From the human T2T-CHM13v2.0 reference genome, Homo sapiens, in NCBI RefSeq assembly GCF_009914755.1, contig NC_060928.1: a DNA stretch of 64,000 nt. The stretch is one strand, 5' to 3'. Position 1 is the first letter of the stretch. Each line of letters starts with the position of its first letter. The position numbers and the translations under genes are program-made. The notes below the pieces were generated by a model that worked only from the letters and a program-made list of their open reading frames with translations, searched no databases and was not told where the DNA came from. Shown in pieces: positions 56,797 to 64,000 of this stretch.

Positions 56797-57490
56797 TAGC
56801 CAGGATGGTCTCAATCTCCTGACCTTGTGGTCCGCCCGCCTTGGGCTCCCAAAGTGCTGGGATTACAGGTGTGAGCCACCACACCCGGCCCAAAAATATC
56901 TTTTTTAGTGACATACTTTTGGTATCTCATGAGATTTTAGCATCTACCTTTTTCTTATCACAGTAGTATTTTGAAATCATCTTGTAGGTAACTTAATCCT
57001 TGGGAAAGACATTGATGATACTGGTTTTTGGTAGCTTCTCTTTCTGAGGAAGTTGTTTGCTGATCGTGTTTGGGAACATGCTATGTTTGGGTCCTGTAAC
57101 TTCCCTATATATTACATATAGAGAGATTTTTTTTGTTTGTTTCTTTTTTGATGGTCTTAAGGAGCTAAATATTTGGTTCTTAGTATCAGTTTTCTTAGGC
57201 CTATTATTTCTAGTTGGTCGATATTGAATATTATGTAGAATATATATGTGTGTGTGTGTGTGTGTATTTTTGTTTTTGTTTTTGAGAGAGTCTTGCTCTG
57301 TTGCCCATGCTGGAGTGCAGTGGCGTAATCTCAGCTCACTGCAACCTCTGCCTCCTGGGTTCAAGCAATTCTCCTGAGTAGTTGGGACTACAGGTGTGTA
57401 CCACCATGCCTGGCTGTTTTTTGTATTTTTAGTGGAGACAGGGTTTTACCATGTTGCCCAGGTTGATCTTGAACTCCCAACCTCAAGTGA

Positions 57491-57760
<270 letters not shown>

Positions 57761-57986
57761 TGACCAGGCTAGTCTTGAACTTCTGACCTCAAGTGATCCG
57801 TCCACTTCAGCCTCCCAAAGTGCTAGGATTATAGGCGTGAGCCACCGCACTCAGCCAGAATATCTTTTTTGATTGTTATAGAGATCTGTTATTTTCTGGA
57901 TATTGTTCCACCGAGGTAAATTATTCAAACTTAATTGTCCTTGTCATATACTACATATAAAAGATTTATTTATAAAATGATATGGA

Positions 57987-58085
57987 GTGCAGCACATTTC
58001 CTAAAATTGGAATGATACAGAGAAGATGAGCATGGCCTCTGTGCAAGGATATGACACGCAGATTCGTGAAGTGTTCCATATTTTT
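57987..58085 (+). pseudogene. U6 snRNA pseudogene (5' part of a chimeric retrocopy)
   Basis: gtgcagcacatttcctaaaattggaatgatacagagaagatgagcatggcctctgtgcaaggatatgacacgcagattcgtgaagtgttccatattttt aligns to U6 including the ACAGAGA box and the oligo-U end; 10-nt deletion near the 5' end; no PSE/TATA seen. Confidence 0.95.
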
Positions 58086-58215
58086 AGCTTCAGTATAAAA
58101 ACTGTACAGATATTTGTATAGCTGATAAGGTTCTTTTTAGAGAAAATACTTAAAAAAATGCAGCTTGTACCTTTTTGAATTGGATTTTAAAGCTTCTGAT
58201 GTTGAATATTTCTAA

Positions 58216-58258
<43 letters not shown>

Positions 58259-59023
58259 TATTTATTATTATTATTTTTTGAGACAGTCTTGTGTTGCCCA
58301 GGCTGGAATGCAGTGGCAGGATTTCAGCCTCCTGGTTTCAAGAGATTCTCATGCTTCAGTGTCCTGAGTAGCCGGGACTACAGTCATGTGCCACCATGGC
58401 CGGCTACTTTTTGTATCTTTAGTAGAGACAGGGTTTCACCATGTTGGCCAGGCAGGTCTTGAACTCCTGGTCTAGGTGATGCACCTGCCTCGGCCACCCA
58501 AAGTGCTGGGATTACAGATGTGAGCCACCGTGTCTAGCCCAATATTCCTAAATATTTAATGGTTTTTTTAAGTTTCTTGACTTGCGTATGGTGGCATAGC
58601 AAACTTGGAATTAATATCCTTTTTTTTTTTTTACTTTTTTTCTTTGAGTCAGGGTCTCGCTTTATCGCCCAGGCTGGAGTACAGTGGCATGCTTATGGCT
58701 CAACTGCAGCCTTGATTTCCTTGGCTCAACTGATCCTCTCACCTTAGCTTCCCAAGTAGCTGGGACTACAGGTGTGCACCATTACGCCCAGCTTATTGTT
58801 TTGTATTTTTTTGTTGAGACAGGTTTTATAATGTTTCCCTGGCTGGTCTTAGACTCCTGGGGTCAAGCAGTTCGCCCACTGTGGCCTCCCAAAGTGCTGG
58901 GATTACAGGGATAAGCCACCTACACTTGGCCTCAGAATTAGTATCAATAGTAAAGTTTGGGATTTTTAGGATACTGCATTTTGTTTTTTTTAAGAAAATC
59001 TGTAATAAAATTGTGTATCTTGA
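58086..59023 (+). pseudogene. Retrocopied mRNA 3'UTR fragment (HMGB2-like) fused to U6, interrupted by two Alus
   Basis: Pieces 58086-58217, 58541-58618 and 58935-59023 join into agcttcagtataaaaactgtacaga...gcttctgatgttgaat..cctaaatatttaatggtttttt...gaattagtatcaatagtaaa...tgtAATAAAattgtgtat, recalled as HMGB2 3'UTR; polyA signal at 59004-59009. Confidence 0.78.
58217..58259 (+). repeat. (TG)n microsatellite at the tail of an antisense Alu
   Basis: About 20 TG units directly visible. Confidence 0.95.
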
Positions 59024-59151
59024 AAAATGATATGGTGCTTTTTAATTTTTATTTTCATTTTTTTAGTTGTTTAGAGTGGAGTCTCACTCTGTTGCCCAGG
59101 CTGGAATGCAGTGGCGCGATCTCAAGCGATTCTCCAACCTCAGCCTCCTGA

Positions 59152-59592
<441 letters not shown>

Positions 59593-60677
59593 TAGGAAAA
59601 CCACAGGCAAATAATGTCAGTATTGACCATTGCCATAACACTATTAGAGATCATGTTTGTTCATTCTATTACTATTTGTAGATTTCATGTTAACCCTGAA
59701 TTTTAAAAAACTGTTTAAGTGAACATATGTCCTTATTAAAAGAAAAACAAAAAATTAAAATTAGCTGAGTGACATGTGCCCATAGCCCTTGCTGCTTGGG
59801 AGGTTGAGGCAGGAGGATTGCTTAAGCATGGGCAGTTGAGGCTGTGGTGAGCTGAGATCATGCCACTGCAGCTCAGCCTGGGTGACAGAGGGAGACTGTC
59901 TCAAAAACAAAAACAAAAATCTAGAGTTGATAAGACCTCTGCTTACCATGTTGGAATATTATGATGATAATCAGTGAGCAAGTATTGATTAGATTTTACA
60001 TCAGGTTAAAATTATATAATAGAGGTAGAAGAATTTGAAAAATGCATATATTCATGGTATTGTTAATAATTATTTGTTTTGAGGATGGGAGGGGGGGATA
60101 TATTTGTTTTTACATTGTTCATTTGAGCCAGTCCATTCACATTTCTCCATAATATATCAAACTTTACTTATGCATTCTTATTTTCTATATCCTTTTCAAA
60201 TACAATCTCTGTTTAGGTCAGGTATGTATATGAAGATGCTATACAAGGTTGTTTAAACTAATGTATTAATAAGGAGGCTCTCATGAAAAAAGGAAGATAC
60301 GTAAGATTAGATGATAAAATAGTTAAACCTGAGCATCACTTACAGTAGAATATGTGGGATTGAGATAAACTGGATTATAAGTAGAACAGGTGATTGGGAG
60401 ATAGTGTGAGCTGTATATATATATATATACACACACACATATATATGTATATATATAATTTTTTTTTTTTGAGGTGGAGTCTTGCTCTGTTGCCAGGCTG
60501 GAGTGCAGTGGCACCATCTCGGTCACTGCAACCACTGTCTTCTAGGTTCAAGCAATTCCCCTGCCTCTGTCTGGGACTACAGGTACGTGCCACCACGCCC
60601 AGCTAATTTTTTGTATTTTAGTAAAGACAGGGTTTCACCATGTTGGCCAGGCTGGTCTCGATCTCCTGATCTAGTGA

Positions 60678-60974
<297 letters not shown>

Positions 60975-62054
60975 TAGCCAGGATGGTCTCGATCTCCTGA
61001 TCTCGTGATCCGCCCACCTCAGCCTCCCAAAGTGCTGGGATTACAGGCATGAGCCACTGCGCCTGGCAAGAATTTTCTTTAATACACTAAACATTATTTG
61101 GACACTAAAACTGCCTATATGTTTAGATCTTTTTACATACAAATAGACACAGTGAAAAAAAGGGAATGGAAGGGATATATAGCTTGCAAACTGGAGGAAG
61201 TACAGAGGGAAGTCCATGATTCACCTTTAATTTATAATAATGATTTTTTCCTGATTATGGAAAAAATGCATTTCTTACGGATTATGTGGAAAATGCGAAA
61301 GTAGCATATAAAAAATATATTAAAAAAATCACCTATGATTCTATTATCCAGAGATTTCTTTTCCAGTCTAATTTAAGTCAGTCCCTTTTGTGTGTCTGGG
61401 TAGATTATATTTAGTTGAGTGTCTTGCTTTCATTTCTAACATTCTCTTTTAAAAAACTACAGTGAAGGCCGGGCGAGGTGGCTCACACCTGAAATCCCAG
61501 CACTTTGGGAGGCCGAGGTGGGCGGATTACCTGAGGTCAGGAGTTCAAGACCAATCTGACCAACATGGTAAAACCCTGTCTCTACTAAATATACAAAAAT
61601 TAATGGGGTGTGGTGCCGCATGCCTGTAATCCCAGCTACTAGGGAGGCTGAGGCAGGAGGATTGCTTGAACGCGGGAGCTGGAGGTTGTAGTGAGCCAAG
61701 ATTGTGCCATTGCACTCCAGCCTGGGTGACAGTGTGAGACTGTCTCAAAAATAAAAAACAAAAACAAAAAACTACAGTTAAATATTATCCAAATCAGGCT
61801 GGGCACAGTGGCTCATGCCTTTAATCCCAGCATTTTGGGAGGCTGAGACGGGTGGATTACCTGAGGTCAGGAGTTTGAGACCAGCCTGGCCAATGTGGTG
61901 AAACCCCATCGCTACTAAAAAATACAAAAATAAGGTTGGGTGCTGTGGCTCACGCCTGTAATCCCAGCACTTTGAGAGGCCAAGGTGGGTGGATCACCTG
62001 AGATCAGGTGTTTGAGACCAGCCTGACCAACATGGAGAAACCCCATCTCTACTA

Positions 62055-62419
<365 letters not shown>

Positions 62420-62777
62420 TTAAATGGCTGTCTAAATTTCCATTATGTCAATCTAAAGAGGTGTTGTATTCAATAATCTAACAATCCTGGGTTCAGCTTA
62501 ATAATAGAAACAACCCAATTTACAAATAGGCAAAAGAATCCAAACAGACATTTATTCAAAAAAGTATATAAATGCCAATAAGAACATGTAAAGATGGTCA
62601 ACAACATTTGTCCTTAGGAAAATGCAAATCAAAACCACAGCTAGATACCACTAGGATTATGTGGAAGAGTTAGTTCCTTGAGCCCAGGACTTCGAGACCA
62701 GCGTGTGCAACAGAGTGAGACTCTGTCTCCAAAATAAAAAACAACCAAAAAGCCTAAGCAAACAAACCAACCCAACA

Positions 62778-63227
<450 letters not shown>

Positions 63228-64000
63228 AAAAAGGAAAAAACAAAAGGAAAAAAAGAAAAACAAACCCAAAACAAAACAATTGACAGTAACAGTGTTGGTG
63301 AGGATTAGAGAAATCAGAGCCCTTACACATTGCTGGTGGAAGCTGAAATTGGTGCAGCTGCTTTGGAAAACCGTTTGGCAGTTCCTCAAAAGGTTAAACA
63401 TAGAGTTACCGTATGAACTAGCAATTCCACTCTTAGATATATACTTGAGAGATATGAAAACATGTCCACAGCAAACTCTTATACAAATGTTCATAGCAAC
63501 ATTATTCACCATAGCCAAAAAGTAGAAACAACCCAAATGTCCATCACTTGATGCATATGTACATAAAATGTGTTATATCCGTACCATGCAATATTTTCTA
63601 GCAGTATCGGTGAAGTACCAATACAGGCTACAACATGGATGAACCTGGAAAACATGCCAAGCGAAAGGAGCCAGTCACAAAAGGCCATGTTTTAGATTAT
63701 ACAATTCTCTTCATATAAATGCCTAGAATAGGTAAACCTATAGAGACAAAAGTAGATTCGTGGTTGCCAGGGGATAGGAGAGGGAGGAATGGGAATGGTT
63801 ACTAATGGGTGGTGGGGTTTCTTCTTGAGTTAATAGAAATGTTCTGGAATTAGTGGTGATGGTTGTACAACTCTGAATATACTGGAAACCACTGAATTGT
63901 ACACTTTTGAAATGGTGAATTTTATGGTTTACATATTATATTTTAATAAAGCTGGTATAAGTAGAAATTTGGGAGCTCCCACACTTAAAACCAATCCACG

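Noticed and set aside
58090-58150. Weak resemblance to U7 snRNA just after the U6 copy
   Set aside because: Better explained as the start of the retrocopied mRNA 3'UTR; no U7 terminal hairpin

Overview
Primate (almost certainly human) genomic DNA that is extremely Alu-rich and has no intact protein-coding exon. From recalled sequence and gene order, it looks like chr4p14 around the 5' end of N4BP2. It contains a full-length KRT18 processed pseudogene (162-1550), a minus-strand ACOT7 retrocopy with a 252-aa residual ORF (LOC344967/ACOT7L-like, 23303-24298), a CpG-island bidirectional promoter (~36000-37530), and two non-coding 5' exons of a plus-strand gene (donor at 37133; a 97-nt exon at 53558-53654 carrying uORFs). 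The most notable signal is a cluster of unusual L1-mediated retrotransposition products: an ACOT7-Alu chimera under one target-site duplication (TSD), a U6 snRNA/mRNA-3'UTR (HMGB2-like) chimera under one TSD, a SNORA51 retrocopy split by an AluY, and a 17-nt ultra-truncated Alu insertion. Nearly all listed ORFs are Alu, microsatellite or GC-rich artefacts. Gene names come from recognition of the sequence, not from a database search.
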